Positions 1 to 13,182 of a stretch of 64,000 nucleotides of DNA are shown one piece after another (the first letter of the stretch is position 1; each line of letters begins with the position of its first letter). The notes below the pieces were generated by a model. That model was not told the DNA's origin and searched no databases. It saw nothing but the letters and a program-made list of their open reading frames with translations. The DNA comes from Eledone cirrhosa (lineage: Eukaryota). The stretch covers positions 238,266,001 through 238,330,000 of the forward strand of contig OZ024743.1 of assembly GCA_964016885.1 (NCBI GenBank), in the 5' to 3' direction. The position numbers and the translations under genes are program-made.

Positions 1-1290
1 CTATAAGGTTGACACTAGTAAAGAACGCTTAACTAAACATTACAACTTCTTCACATTGAAAGACCAAAAACCTGACCTTACAAACAGGCGTAGCACTATA
101 TTGATAAGGACAGTTAGGAAAGAATTAGAGAAACAGTACTAGCCTCTTATAGTAGGACAACACAACATCTGTCATATACTGGTTCATAGACATTTCCTCG
201 AAGAATAGGGCCAGGTTCTCGCAGTACGATATAATAGTTTTTACCTCTCTATCTATAGGCCCATTATAGACAAAATTTAAGACTCCCTCGTACTTTTGAG
301 TACACCAGGGACCAGTTTTCCAGGCCCGAAGATTATATGGGTTAAATTCAACCTAGAAGATTCATTAGACGTCTCGCTGATATCTGCGAACCGATTGGAT
401 TATGTATCCTTCATACACGTAAATGTAAATTCTCCACCAATTCGATGGCCTTTGCTTATCACATAATTGCAATGGCCACCCTCTAGACAGGTTCTGTAAG
501 GATTTAATAGAAGCCTTTGGCACACCAGGACTTAATATGACAATAGACATGAAACTTAATAACGTTAATTTCCTTGATGTGAACTTAGACTTAGCCCCAG
601 GTTATTAAAAACTAAACCCTAAATCTAAAGAAAAACTGAAATATATTAAAAGTGGTTCCTGCCACCCCCGTAGGTTTTAAAAATCTAGTCTCTAATATTT
701 TGATATAAGTCATAAGATTTCCAACCTTTCATCCACTAAGGAGATAAAAAGTTCTTGGGCCTGATATATAAGCATTTTCCCTCACAACATAGGTACAGTA
801 AACGTTTCAGTCGGCGTTCGGTGAAGATAAGCTATTCCTGCAGCTCCTTTATGAGATAAAAAATAGCTGCAAACAACAAGCTTGATGAACATCCAGGATG
901 CACTTACAGAATAAAGGAAGACTTTCCCCTGCAACAGAGTTGTAATGTTAAATCTATTGTATATGAGATTACATTTATCACTGCCGATTATGCAGAGAAC
1001 AGTGAAAGATATGTAGGTATGATACAAGATCGTTTTAAACAATGATCCTAGTGACATCGATCTTCCTTTAGGAATCTTAAACTGAAGACCAATACGGCTC
1101 TGGCGAAGAGTTTAAAAGTAAAAACATAAGATACAATTGAGAATCCGAAAGAGGTCCAGGTAATACATGAAAGGAACAAAAAGATATTCCGTCTTTCTTA
1201 GTGAAAAATGCAGAATTTTATAAGGTTTGAGTTGATTGACAAAATACCTGAACTCTGGATATGCGCTGTTTAAAGGCTGCGTACACCTCA
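1..1290 (+). pseudogene. Highly degenerate Penelope-like (Hydra-clade-like) RT-GIY-YIG remnant
   Basis: Broken frames give FTLKDQKPD, ADICEPIGL, NGHPLDRFCKDLIEAF..GLNMTID...NFLDVNLDL and PGCTYRIKEDFPLQQSCNVKSIVYE, colinear with the 9382 and 10049 ORFs. Confidence 0.8.
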
Positions 1291-1920
1291 AGAGCCATCT
1301 ACTTTTATTATGAAAGAGCCAATCAGAATGTATCCAGTCAACTGATGTACTCCATCCACCATAATTCCAAGAAGTTAACCTTTTTCTATATGCCTGTAAC
1401 TATCTTCCATAGAGGTGGGGCGGGTGTTGCAGCGGGTGTCACTGGCTATTTTCCAGAGCCCAATCATCATTCCCCTTCCCCCTTACCATTTTTTCTTTCA
1501 TATTCTCTTTTTTCTCAATATTAAACTGTATTTACATGATACATTCCACAATAATTATTAGTCCATCCTCGCATTAAATATATGAACACTAATTTAATTA
1601 TTATTTTATTCCTTTAGACTTTTACTAACTTTAGACAGTAAAGTGCGGCCATGAAAGGATTTAGTACATTGTATTGACCCCAGAAATCATTTTTTTAAAG
1701 TCTGTTATACACTACATCGATCTCTTTTTGTTGATCCACTAGATTACGGGACATAAACACCCACACACGCACCTTTCCTTACACACACACACCGTTTCAA
1801 CAGCTAGTTCCAGACTAAGCAATCGGGTCCCGATCTTTTATAGAATAACTATACACTACTACCCAAAGTATCGAGTACTCTGTTGAGTAATGGTTCAAAT
1901 AGTATCAAACTGAATCAATC

Positions 1921-1966
<46 letters not shown>

Positions 1967-1967
<1 letters not shown>

Positions 1968-2102
1968 CGAAGGAAATGTGGTAAGGAACCAGGTGGACCA
2001 TAACGCACCAAAGTACTCAATACTTAGGGTAGTAGAGTGGGTAATAGGAACGAGTAGGACCCCAACGGCTGAGCTCAAGCCGTCGGGGTCCTACTCGTTC
2101 CT
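1967..2102 (-). mobile_element. 136-bp (TA)n-flanked fold-back element, family C, copy 1
   Basis: Terminal hairpin at 2046-2102 plus a ~79-nt tail. Related copies at 4105, 31730, 38905 and 55965; the last two retain the HHR GAAA-stem III-GTC half. Confidence 0.8.
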
Positions 2103-2360
2103 ATATATATATATATATATATATATATGGAAAGTTATATTTAAAATTGTTGGGTTACAACTAGTAAATATTTATAACTGATATAAAAGCACTCGACAAA
2201 TATTTGGAGTATATTTACAATATTAAACAAATGGAAACTATATTTATAAAACCATATTTATTTCATTATATATATTTCAGGGATATCATATTAACAATAT
2301 GCTATGCCTTCCTCAGACAAAATACAATATAAACAGTTTTATAGATAAATAGATTCGACG

Positions 2361-2546
2361 GCTTGGAATATAGTCTCAAGAGGGATTCCTTTTAATTCAT
2401 CCTCTGAGACATGTGACCTCTGCGCAGAGGAGATATTCTTTATACTAAAATCTAAAAATTCCCTTAATCTACGGACAAATTTATTCAGTTGTTGCAAACA
2501 TAGATTAAACTCAACGTTTAAATATGAATTTAAATTTAAAATGTAG
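2361..2546 (+). pseudogene. PLE GIY-YIG C-terminal fragment
   Basis: Translates as TCDLCAEEIFFILKSKNSLNLRTNLFSCCKHRLN*, matching the CxLC..E..I..LN.R...CRH ending of the other PLE endonucleases here. Confidence 0.8.
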
Positions 2547-3923
2547 TATATTTAGTTTGATTTATATTTATATGGGAAACTAGCCGATAAATCTTTGATT
2601 CCTTCTTTTTATTCTTTTTATTTTTTATTTTTATTTTATTTTTATTTAAACATTCCTCATGAAAAATTAAGCTACCCTAAAAGCTGATGCTCCAAATATT
2701 TCGAATAAACGTTACACTAGATAAACTTCTATATTAAATATAAGAACACATGTAGACCAAATTGGGCATCCTAAATTTTTGAAATGATCTTTGCTAGATG
2801 TGATTTGATAGATAATTTTTGGCTTTGTCTGTTTTTCGACTCTGATGCTTATAATGAACTTGGCAATATATTGTCAATTAATTTTGAAGGGTTGATCTTT
2901 GTGGTTTATTTTTATTTTTTATTATTGTAGTATTTTCTAATATTTTTATTTTTAATATTTTTATTTTTATTTTTATTTTTATTTTTAATATTTTTAATAT
3001 GTAAATTTTTTTAATATGTAATATTTTTAATATGTAATATTCTTTCGTAATATTTTTTTAGTTTTCTATTTTATTATTACTTATTATTATTATTGTTATT
3101 TTTTAGTTTTGTTTCTGATATATATTTTTATTAGTATATTGAAAGCTGCTCTCTATTTCTGCTTGATAGATAATCTTGTAGAGTAAAGACAGGAATAATA
3201 ATACACATATATGTATACACAAATTTTTATACCACATTGAGAATGTTTTCCGTGAACTTAGGGTTTGCTGAGTTGATCATGTAGATTCACATGGATGTTT
3301 GTAGCTATCACATAAACATATGAATTTTTTAAAAAACTAAACATAAGATCATTAATTTTCACACACTATGGATACTTGTCTCATTCAGGAATACTGATAT
3401 TTACAATATAGTGGATGTTTTATAAATACTAATACCTCTACATTAAAGCATAGGGTTTTTACGCCTCGCATATATCTGGTTATTTTTAAATTTTTTCTCT
3501 CGCTATATTTTTTCTCTCTCTATATTTTTTTCTCTCTATATATATCTCCCTTACATTAATACTAGAGCTAAATAAATAAATAAATAAATAAATGTATCAT
3601 TGATACATTTACTCAACAGACCTCCCACTACCTAATTTTCTATATATATATGTATCTATCTCTATTTCCTCTCTCTCTCTATATATATATCTCCTTCTGT
3701 TTCTTTACATGAAGTTCTTCTCTTTATCTATCTTTCCATCTCTCTATTTTGTTCCATGCATTCTTCTTTTTCTTCCTTTTCTTCGTTTTCTGTCTTTCTT
3801 TCTTTTTTCTCTCTTTCTTTCTCTCTGTGTACAATTTTTTCACTGCCAAATCAACCTCTTCAAATGCAAGTCGATGTTGTTACGGTATGTCGAATCTATT
3901 TATCTATAAAACTGTTTATATTG

Positions 3924-3989
3924 TATTTTGTCTGAGGAAGGCATAGCATATTGTTAATATGATATCCTTGAAATATATATAATGAAATA
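3924..3989 (+). ncRNA. Minimal type I hammerhead ribozyme
   Basis: tattttgt CTGAGGA agg..cct GAAA tatata TA atgaaata. Stem I pairs, stem III is palindromic, and AATAAA follows. Confidence 0.8.
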
Positions 3990-4026
3990 AATATGGTTTT
4001 ATAAATATAGTTTCCATTTGTTTAAT

Positions 4027-4104
<78 letters not shown>

Positions 4105-4105
<1 letters not shown>

Positions 4106-4237
4106 CGAAGGAAATGTGGTAAGGAACCAGGTGGACCATAACGCACCAAAGTACTCAATACTTAGGGTAGTAGAGTGGGTAATAGGAACGAGTAGGACCC
4201 CAACGGCTGAGCTCAAGCCGTCGGGGTCCTACTCGTT

Positions 4238-4240
<3 letters not shown>
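4105..4240 (-). mobile_element. Family C fold-back element, copy 2
   Basis: Identical by eye to 1967-2102, including the junction and the arm mismatch. Confidence 0.85.
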
Positions 4241-4292
<52 letters not shown>

Positions 4293-4515
4293 GGGATAAC
4301 AAATTATTGTTATAGGTAGTCCACTTAGATGTAGTCCACTTAGGGTAATCCGAGTAGTGGATAGTACTAACGCTTGGCTAAGTTTGACTCAACAAGACGT
4401 TTCCATAGTGATGCTGCGAGTACGCGGTGATTTCTATGTAGTTTACACTTGGAGTAATAATAAATCAAGAAATAAGAGTGACATGGTTTGCTATACAATA
4501 AGGGCTTTATTCACA

Positions 4516-4625
4516 TTGCTGACAATTGTTTCTCTGAACTGGTAGGTCTAGAGATCGCTACCCGCCTGTTTTTGCGTCAATCGAACACCAATACTTTGTT
4601 ATAACCAGTCTATTCATCAGAGCAT
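4516..4625 (-). ncRNA. Hammerhead ribozyme with extended stem II
   Basis: Minus strand: tgct CTGATGA ..actgg..(~80 nt stem II)..ccagt.. GAAA caattg TC agca, then AATAAA. Confidence 0.75.
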
Positions 4626-5484
4626 GCGAGAATGAAGGATATACACAGGCATGGGTTCTATATATAGTAGTGGCATTAAATCAGAACAATAATAACAATA
4701 CTCAAATAAATTATCTAGATAGTAAATAGTTAAAACAATCACAACATCAATCTAAGTAAGAAATAGAGTATACTTAGCATGTAAAACGAACTGATACGAA
4801 ACAGATGTATGAAATTGACATGTGAAAGCTGTCATGGGGTACATTAAATATAGTGTAGAGATAACCTGGGGCTTGAAACAATGGACCATTTACTTTACTG
4901 TAGGTTTGCTGACCGTAAGATTTATTTATTATCTGACAGATAAAATATTTTCATTGTAATGAGGATGGTAATTTTTATGTGGTGTAAAGTGGATTCATTA
5001 TTTAAGTGGTCTATATTACATGTAGGGATTGTTAGTTCGGATCATGGGGGTTGTTTAGCTTTCACAGCATCAATAATAAATCATGCCTGAATAAGACAAC
5101 AATAACAACAGTATAGGCAATAAGGTAATACAGGGGTTAAGAAAGCAAGGTATATATAGAGAACATGATGAATACTATTACGGATACATTGGGGTGTTCA
5201 TTATAACAACAGGAGGAAGGTGATATTTCAAGGACTGCGGTAGTAGTCAAATAATGTACTTAGAATTAAGTTCATCTGTTGAAAATCATGAGTGCTAATG
5301 TGAGGAGGTGGTGTTGACAGCAGCCGAGAGGAGATATGTTTATGGGTTGATAAGATATTTGCAGACATTACTGTCGTATAAAATTAAGGAGGCTAGAAGC
5401 TGTTTAAAGAATATTATAGTTCTGTGGTGGTCTGTGTGAGAGTGCGGATTTCATATGTTGAATGTTAAGTTATGTTGGTTCGAA

Positions 5485-7602
5485 TCACGGTGGCTTAAAT
5501 CTTGTGAATTTAGTAGCGATCCTGTGTCTGCAGAAAATTGACCTTTCTATTTTGTTGTTGAGTAGCCTTTTATCGTTCCTAAGGATATACAGTAATTCAA
5601 GGTCGCAGAGCCTACATTAGGACATACCGGTACTATATGCCCTTGCGGCCGACAACCTCGACCAGTTGATATTGTAGTCGATGTTATTGTCCTTAAGTTC
5701 CCAGATTTTTTTGGCGAGGGTTGTAGAACCTATTAGTGCACGGTTCTTCATCGAATGTCTGTGCACATACCATCTTTTTTTAAACGTACCCGCGGTGGAT
5801 CCAATGTAATGCCAGGTGGAGTTGCCCGAGTTCACCGTACACATGTACACTAGGCTCGAATCAAGGCACCTGTTCGCCAATGGGCACCTATCTGGTAGGT
5901 GACAATTGCAGTTTGAGGTGTTATTCCGTGCAATTTCCACATTGCTGTTTTGTACACTGCTATAAGTGGGTTGTGATTCATACCCGTTGAGGTTTTGCTG
6001 CGGCGCGCTCGTATGCGTTTGTGGTTGTGATATGGTGATCTGTTTATGTTTAGAATTTGGTGCTATGTTGCGTATAGGTGGGGTGGTTTCCCTAGAGGTA
6101 TTTATGTGGTTGATCTTGCGTATGTGGGATTCTATATTTGCAGCCGTAAAGTATGAGAGTTTTATAGTTTTTCTATTGAGGATTTTATCATATCTATGTG
6201 ATATAGGGAAGTGCTTATCTGTTAGTTTAAAAAACTTAGAAGGCAGTCTAGTTTTTACAGAGGAGTTGAGGATTGGATTAATCCATAGGTATTTTCTTTC
6301 TCTAATTCTTCTATAGTTTCTAGGGTTTACATTATTCGTGTTTGGACCACCTACTCTAGATGATATTTGCCTACGTCTATGTCTAGACCCGTTACCTCTA
6401 TTTTTGTGTGAGCGGTTGGTGTCAGTGTTAGTGGGTTTGTTTGAGTTGTCCATATCCTTTATAAACTGTAGATTTTCTTGGTGTCCGGCCCTATGTAATG
6501 CCGCGTTATAATAGTTAGCATGCTCATTAAAATTTTTTAGGTTTGAGGATAAGCGGGATATTCTAAGTGATACACTACGTGCTATGGATCTGATTATGGA
6601 TCGGGGGTGGTTTGAGTTATAACTAATGTAGGCCAGATTTTCATTATTTTTGTGGAAGGATTCTATTAATCCCGTATTTAGATTTAGAGTTACGTCTAGA
6701 AAGTTTGCCTTTTTATGATTCAGTTCGTAGGTAATACTTAGGCCTAGTTTTTTGAAGAATGTTCTAATGTTTTTTTCTTAATCTTTCCATGCTCTGGTTA
6801 TTTAAGTTCCTAGCTATAAGGAGCGTGTCATCTCTATAAATCCCTCATTGGAGGTTACTAAATTCTTTATGTAGGTTGTGTGCTATAAATAACCCCACGA
6901 CGTCAGTGATTTGCGCTGAATCGTTCGATCCCATTGTGATATCGAAGCTGTTTATCCTATCCTTTCTTATCCAATAGCTATTTTCAAATTTTATGATAGT
7001 CCTTCTAGCAGCTAGTATTATTGTTAACTTTGCCTTTCATCCTTACGGGGTTGATAAAATAAAGTACCAGTAATGTACTGGGTAATTGATGGCCTTGTGC
7101 CAAAAGTAGAAACAATTATTTCAATTTCATCAGGGGTACGATCGGAGTTATTTTGGGCAAATATAAGCGCTTTATCTAGGGTGGCTGGGGATATGGATGC
7201 GTAGTAATCGTTTATATCGAATTGTATGAAGTTACATGTTTCTCTATTTCCTATTTTACTGAACCATTCAATCGCTTCGTTAGTGTTACCCCATAAAATG
7301 ATTTCTAGTTTTCCCTTTATTTGTGCGATTACCCATCTAGAATATTCTTGCTAATTTTACCTATATCTGTCTTAGATGGGCATATTAATCTAATAGTAGG
7401 ATTTGCTTCAAAATATTTTTGTGATCTTATGGTTAAATGTGGGGTTGCATGGGGTTAGAGGTTCGGTTCTATCGGATATTCCGAGTTTATTTACTATCCT
7501 AAGACCTTCCTTATTAATGCTGGTGAGTGTGGGTTCATTTGTTTTTTTGTATTTTTTGTGTAGTTCACGCTGAATGAAATTATTGTATGTGTTAAGGTCC
7601 AT
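5485..7602 (-). pseudogene. PLE RT + GIY-YIG endonuclease, disrupted
   Basis: ORF 5617-6453 continues past a TAA as CRLCDLELLYIL...FCRHR. The RT part is broken by frameshifts and a SINE. Confidence 0.85.
7023..7120 (+). mobile_element. 5'-truncated SINE (gcctttcatcc..gataaa..gtaccag core) inserted in the PLE RT
   Basis: Near-identical to 15178-15297. ATTATT target-site duplication; removing it restores PLE DEIEIILAARR. Confidence 0.8.
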
Positions 7603-7642
7603 AGAATATACGTTTGATGTTTTGTCTGCCTTTCATTTTCAT

Positions 7643-7817
<175 letters not shown>

Positions 7818-8002
7818 CCAGCACACAAATAAAAATACATATCTCTACTTTCTTTATTTCAATAGAAAGTCTGAATTTTGACACCTCAGCATATCAGCCA
7901 TACTCACTGAACCAGAACAATTCTCTCCATCCCTTTTTTCTTGACCATTATCTTTTGTTTGGCACAAAATTCTCTAAATGGCTACACAAAAAATTCCCAA
8001 AT

Positions 8003-8350
8003 ACGGGCGCGAAATTTATTGTACTTGTTCACGTGACAGTCATAATTTCATTTATAACCAATCAAATTACATTTATAAAATAAACTTTTTTGAGCCACTT
8101 TTTTAAAGTGAAAAGAAACTCAAACACAAACTGGCGCGAAAGTTGATGTGCTTATTCACGTGACTGCATCAACCAACCAAATTTCACTCATATATGAAAA
8201 AACCCAATCTGAGCCCCTTTTTTTAAAGGCAAATATAATAAGAACTTTGTAACGCAGACTGGCGCGAAATTTACCATACTTATTCACGTGACAGTCTTCA
8301 ACCAATCGAATTACTTTTCTAAAAACCTAGCATTTCGAGCCACTTTTTTC
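8003..8350 (+). repeat. Three ~128-bp tandem units with GGCGCGAAA, TCACGTGA and CCAAT motifs
   Basis: GGCGCGAAA at 8006, 8133 and 8261; TCACGTGA at 8029, 8156 and 8284; CCAAT at 8058 and 8302. Confidence 0.85.
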
Positions 8351-8510
8351 TATATGAAACAGAAGTAACATTCGAACCCCAACCAGATGCGAGAAAAACC
8401 ACAAATCCTCCATGTCAATTCTACTTTTGAAAAGAACAAGAACAGCACCGGTAAAGGAACCAAATAAATATTGTTAAAAAGACTCCAGTTGCATTCGATT
8501 TAATCTTTTT

Positions 8511-8545
<35 letters not shown>

Positions 8546-9023
8546 CATAATCGGAGAAAGCTAATAGCGATACTCCGGCCAAATCCCAACTCACTCAACA
8601 AACATTAGGAAATAACTAAGTATAACGTTCGGGGTGCTAACTAATTGTATTGTGTGGAAAATTGGCTGTATCATTTCATATGAGATATATCAAATATATC
8701 CCTTCCCAGACGGACGTCTCGTTTCATTATAAGATTTCTACAAGTTGGGTGAAATTATACCAATTTATGTAGAAGCTTGTATAAGATCAACAGATACTTA
8801 TTCAAGTGGGTGGCCAATAATATCATTATCTAGCGATAATCACCATCAGTGCTTGAGGTAGCTGCTAGGTTGTTAGCCCAGCAGTTCTAAAGAAAATCTC
8901 ACACTGTCTCAAAAAAGGAGGAAAGGAGATTGCCGCCAAAAAACAATACATGCGCAGGTCAATGAATTCCGAAAAGAATTCAAGCCACGTGCTAGAACTC
9001 AATTGGATATATATATATATATA

Positions 9024-9217
9024 AATGAAGTAATTCCGTCGGAAAGGTACAGGAAGAAAGAGTTCTCTATGTAGGCTACAGAGCTTATTAGTTATGTAAT
9101 AAACAACATAAGATAATTATTTCATTTACCAGTGGTTTCTTGAAAGCAGATATATCTGTTTTCAGTCGTCAGAATGAATAAAACATGGTGTTTTATAAAT
9201 ATGGATTTGGAAACAAA
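9024..9217 (-). mobile_element. Inverted pLTR (family B) with HHR at 9121-9178
   Basis: Minus strand: ttcatt CTGACGA ctgaa..ttcaa GAAA ccactgg TA aatgaa, then a tail to (TA)n. Homologous to 16858-17050. Confidence 0.8.
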
Positions 9218-10530
9218 TTACTGAATCCTTATTAACAAAAGCCTTAGATTTTGCAAGACCTTTCATTAATATTTCTAAATTAAAAAAAGACGTTATCTTT
9301 CATGCTAGGAAAACACTACTGTTTACTAATGAAAGTATTTGGGTTAAAAAGTCAAGCCCTGAAAACTCTTTTGATGTTGCGTTGGGCTCATATGATAGTG
9401 CCGATGTGTGCGACTTAGTAGGATTATTCCTCCTCCACACCCTTAAAGAGAAATTTCCTTGCCATAATATAGGTTTATACCGAGACGACGGTTTGGCAGT
9501 TTCTCAAACCACCAACGGCCACAACCTTGATAAATTCCGTAAAGATTTAATCAATACCTTTGCTAACCTAAACCTTAAAATTACTATAGATACGAATCTT
9601 ACTAATACTAACTTGCTTGATATTAATCTTGATCTCCTTACTGCCTCTTTTAAACCTTATCATAAACCTAACGAGAATTTAAGATATATACACAAAGAGT
9701 CTTGCCATTCCCCTATAGTCTTTAAAAATCCTATTCCTAACATTAGCCGTAGGATATCTACCTTATCTTCGCCTCTAGAGATTTTTAACAACGCCGCCCC
9801 TTATTATAATAAGGCCCTCAATAACAGCAGCTTCACTGAACGTATTCAATATTTACCTACTCCTCCCTCTAACACTAAACACAATAATAGGAAAAGAAAA
9901 ATTATTTGGTTTACCCCCCCCCCCCCCCTTCTCTCTAACTGTCAAAACTAATGTAGGAAGGAAATTCCTCGACCTCCTAGACAAACATAGATATAATAAG
10001 ATATTTAATAGAAATGTAGTCAAAATCAGTTACTCTTGTTGCCCATCAATGAAGTCTAAAATTACCAACTCTAATTGTACGAGAGTAAATCCAGGATGCA
10101 GTTGCAGTAAGCCGAAAGAATGCCCATTGCAGGGTAAATGTAATACCAAATCCATTGTGTATGAGGCCAAATTGACACCGATGATTAATAACCAGCCAGC
10201 CAGGAGTGAACGATATGTCGGCATTCCCCAGGACAGATTCAAAGCCAGGTATTATGCACATGTCGCTTCTTTTAAACACTCTGAAAAAAGAACAACAACG
10301 GCGCTCGCAAATAAAGTGTGGGAATTCAAAGACAAAAACATTCCGTACACTATTGATTGGTCTATTTTAGACCATTCAAGAAAATACCAAAGTGGCACAT
10401 AGAAATGTTCTTTGTGCACCACGGAAAAATTTAGAATTCTCCAAAATTGAAAGCCCCTTCCACTTGCCTCAACTCCAAGACCAAGATCTTCAGATGTTGT
10501 CCACATCTGAAATCGCATCTACTTTTTAAC
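9218..10530 (+). pseudogene. PLE RT (YRDD) + GIY-YIG, frameshifted
   Basis: ORF 9382-9951 (MGSYDSADVCDLVG, GLYRDDGL) and ORF 10049-10402 (CSCSKPKECPLQGKC, IVYEA, YVG, FKARY). Confidence 0.9.
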
Positions 10531-11077
10531 TGGTTTGACATTCCTACGATGTCTCAACCACATTGAGCTTCTTCTTTACTCATTACGCCTTCCACTCACC
10601 ACGAATATTATTACTCTAAGAACTCATACTTCTTACCCATATATACTTTTTCTCCCTAGTGTCCTTCTATATCTCTTTATATTTATTTATTTTTTCTTAT
10701 TATTTAAACATTTTTTTCAGTTGACTTATAATCCCCCCTACTGTCTACACATACACACCCACCACCTTTATCCTTTACTCAGTTCACTATTTAACTTGAT
10801 ACTCTTATCTAGTTCTCATTGCAAACCTTTTACAGCACTTTTTTCCCTTACCTATTCTTAATAATTGTGTTTATTCTTTCAATTTTACTCCCCTTTTGTC
10901 CTTATTTACCCACTAGGTTTTTATGTTCTCACATAGGGCTGTGTGCGGGCGCATTTGTAGACAGGCTTATGTGTACATACATTTATAGTATTTTGATTAT
11001 TTATTTGTACGTGTGTGTGTATGTGTGTATGTGTGTATGTGTGCATGTATGTATATGTATATGTGTATATATATATA

Positions 11078-11159
<82 letters not shown>

Positions 11160-11160
11160 T

Positions 11161-11708
11161 GTCGGGTCGTTGGCGACTAAACTGGCAACCCCAGCAATGT
11201 TTCTTGGTGAGGAGGGTGACTTTGGACATCCTGCAGGATTAAAAACAAAACCTGTCAAGGGGAAAAGGAGCTCTTAAAAGTCAATGGCGATCCAACATCA
11301 CCGGGAGAGATGACCCCTTAGCCTTTGTCAAGGCAGAATTCTAGGAGAAGGAAAACTCTGATATAACACCTGCAACCCTGATGGTGTCCAATGATGTTGA
11401 CTTGTTCTTCTTTTTGGTAAATATCATCTTGGTTAAGAGAGTGGGACTGGCTTTGTGCAATGCCTTTGCTCACTATAAAAGCTTCACGGCACAGGCATTG
11501 CTTTGTATCTGGAGATGTCTCTGCACTTGTCGTCACATGGTACCATGGGTCCAGCACTGTGTCAATAATTGTCACAAGTGTAGTGTTTGTACCAGAGTTT
11601 TCAAGTCTCTGGCTGGACTAAAAAGTCACACTCGTTCAGCACATCGGTAAGGGTTCTCCTACATGGATATAAAGTAGTGGCCGTACTCGAAAACGAGTTG
11701 GCAGCCAC
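11161..11708 (+). mobile_element. Bipartite non-autonomous RTE derivative, copy 1
   Basis: RTE-like 5'UTR motif ggagaaggaaaactctga. 3' C2H2 remnant CSVCTRVFKSLAGLKSHTRSAH*, stem-loop actcg-aaaa-cgagt and (tatg)n tail. Second copy at 13183. Confidence 0.7.
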
Positions 11709-11778
11709 TATGTATATATGTATGTGTACGTATGTATGTCTGTGTGTATATATGTGTGTATATATATGGATATATATG

Positions 11779-11819
<41 letters not shown>

Positions 11820-11849
11820 GCGTGTTTATGTATTTGTGTGTATGTGTGT

Positions 11850-11887
<38 letters not shown>

Positions 11888-12508
11888 ATACACATACACA
11901 CAAATACATGTACATATACATATGGCTGTGTGTGAGCGTATGCCGATATGTGTGGGCAGGGATGTGCGTATGTGTTTTATGTTGTGTGTCTTTATACAAC
12001 AATATATGTGCACATATATACATATATGTGTGTACGTATACGTATATACAAGGTATCTGTCAGACGAAGAGCGTCTAACTATGTATCTATGTAAGGACCT
12101 GAAGCCACCAATACATCCACCACACCACCACAAACGCCGCCACCATAGACAAAGGCACCACTACCACACCCCCACCTACACGCCAACCCGTCTACTGACA
12201 ATCCACTAACCTCATACCACAGCCCATCCCACTAAATAACCTTAACCACCACCATATCATCACATCCACCCCCACATACTCTACACGGCAAGGCCAACCC
12301 ACCACCACCACACCACAGCCCACCTCATCCACAGACCGTCACCAACATCTCACCATCACACCCACCCCCATATACACTACAGGCCAGTACATCGCCTTGA
12401 TCCTGCCCACCAATCAAAACAACTCATTTTGTCAAACTCTTGAAACTCTGACTTTACCACATAGCATGTATTACATTTTCTTATAGCATTTTAAGAGGGT
12501 CCGTCGAG

Positions 12509-12580
12509 CTGCCGATTATTGCGTCGGGTAGGATCGATATAGATCGAACCTTGAGCTGATCAGTGGCGAAACGCGCGTCA
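12509..12580 (+). ncRNA. Degenerate hammerhead of a PLE-like 3' end
   Basis: CTGCCGA ttattg..cagtgg c GAAA cgcgcg TC, followed by AATAAA. The core is mutated and stem I is weak. Confidence 0.5.
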
Positions 12581-13035
12581 CCTGTCAATAAATGCAATGA
12601 AGGAATAATCAATCGTCCTTTTTATCATTTCTATATATATATATGTATGTGTTTGTATGTGTATATATATTTGTGTGGGAGTTTATTTATGTTTATATTA
12701 TACTTATATATGGTTCTATGTTTGTTTTACGTATATAGTTGTGTGTATGTGGTTGTATATATGCTTTTGTTTTTGTCTGTATAGTCTTACGTATGGTTTT
12801 GTATGCGTGTGTTGATCTCTTATTACGTGCGAGTGCGCGCACGCATGTGTATACGTTTGTATGTAGGTTTTGTACAAACGCGCTTTTTTGTAAGGTTTAT
12901 ATGTGTGTGTTAGTATATTTGGTTGTATGAATGTCTTTATATACGTGTGTATGCATGTGTATGTGTATATGTATTTTTGCACGCATGTGTAAGTGTATGT
13001 GGATATGTACGTATGTTTATTTTTATATTTTTGTG

Positions 13036-13072
<37 letters not shown>

Positions 13073-13182
13073 ATAGATATATGTATATACACATACACAA
13101 ATGTATGTGTTTTTATACGTGTGTATGAGTATTTGTGCATGTTTTTGTGTGCGTGTGTATGTATGTGTGTATACATATATAT

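Larger units (their letters stand above)
2129..4030 (+). mobile_element. 5'-truncated PLE (family A) with inverted pLTR
   Basis: About 2218-2359 is the reverse complement of 3889-4030, and 2129-2217 is the extra tail. Endonuclease C-terminus at 2361-2546. (TA)n on both sides. Confidence 0.85.
4292..7605 (-). mobile_element. Penelope-like retroelement (Hydra-clade-like), 5'-truncated
   Basis: RT motifs (FDINDYY, MGSNDSA, IRDD, NFLDVTLNL), a CNCHLPDRCPLANRC linker, GIY-YIG (LVY..HYIG..FKKR), and a 3' HHR ending at (TA)n. Confidence 0.9.

Noticed and set aside
1967-4240. CRISPR-like repeated palindrome
   Set aside because: The context is eukaryotic, the copies are dispersed, and there are no regular spacers or cas genes. 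The repeat is explained as a PLE-end fold-back.
8700-8812. Possible minus-strand HHR (ccca CTTGAATA..GAAA cgagacgtccg TC tggg); similar weak one at 48265-48300
   Set aside because: The cores are too degenerate to call without a family consensus.
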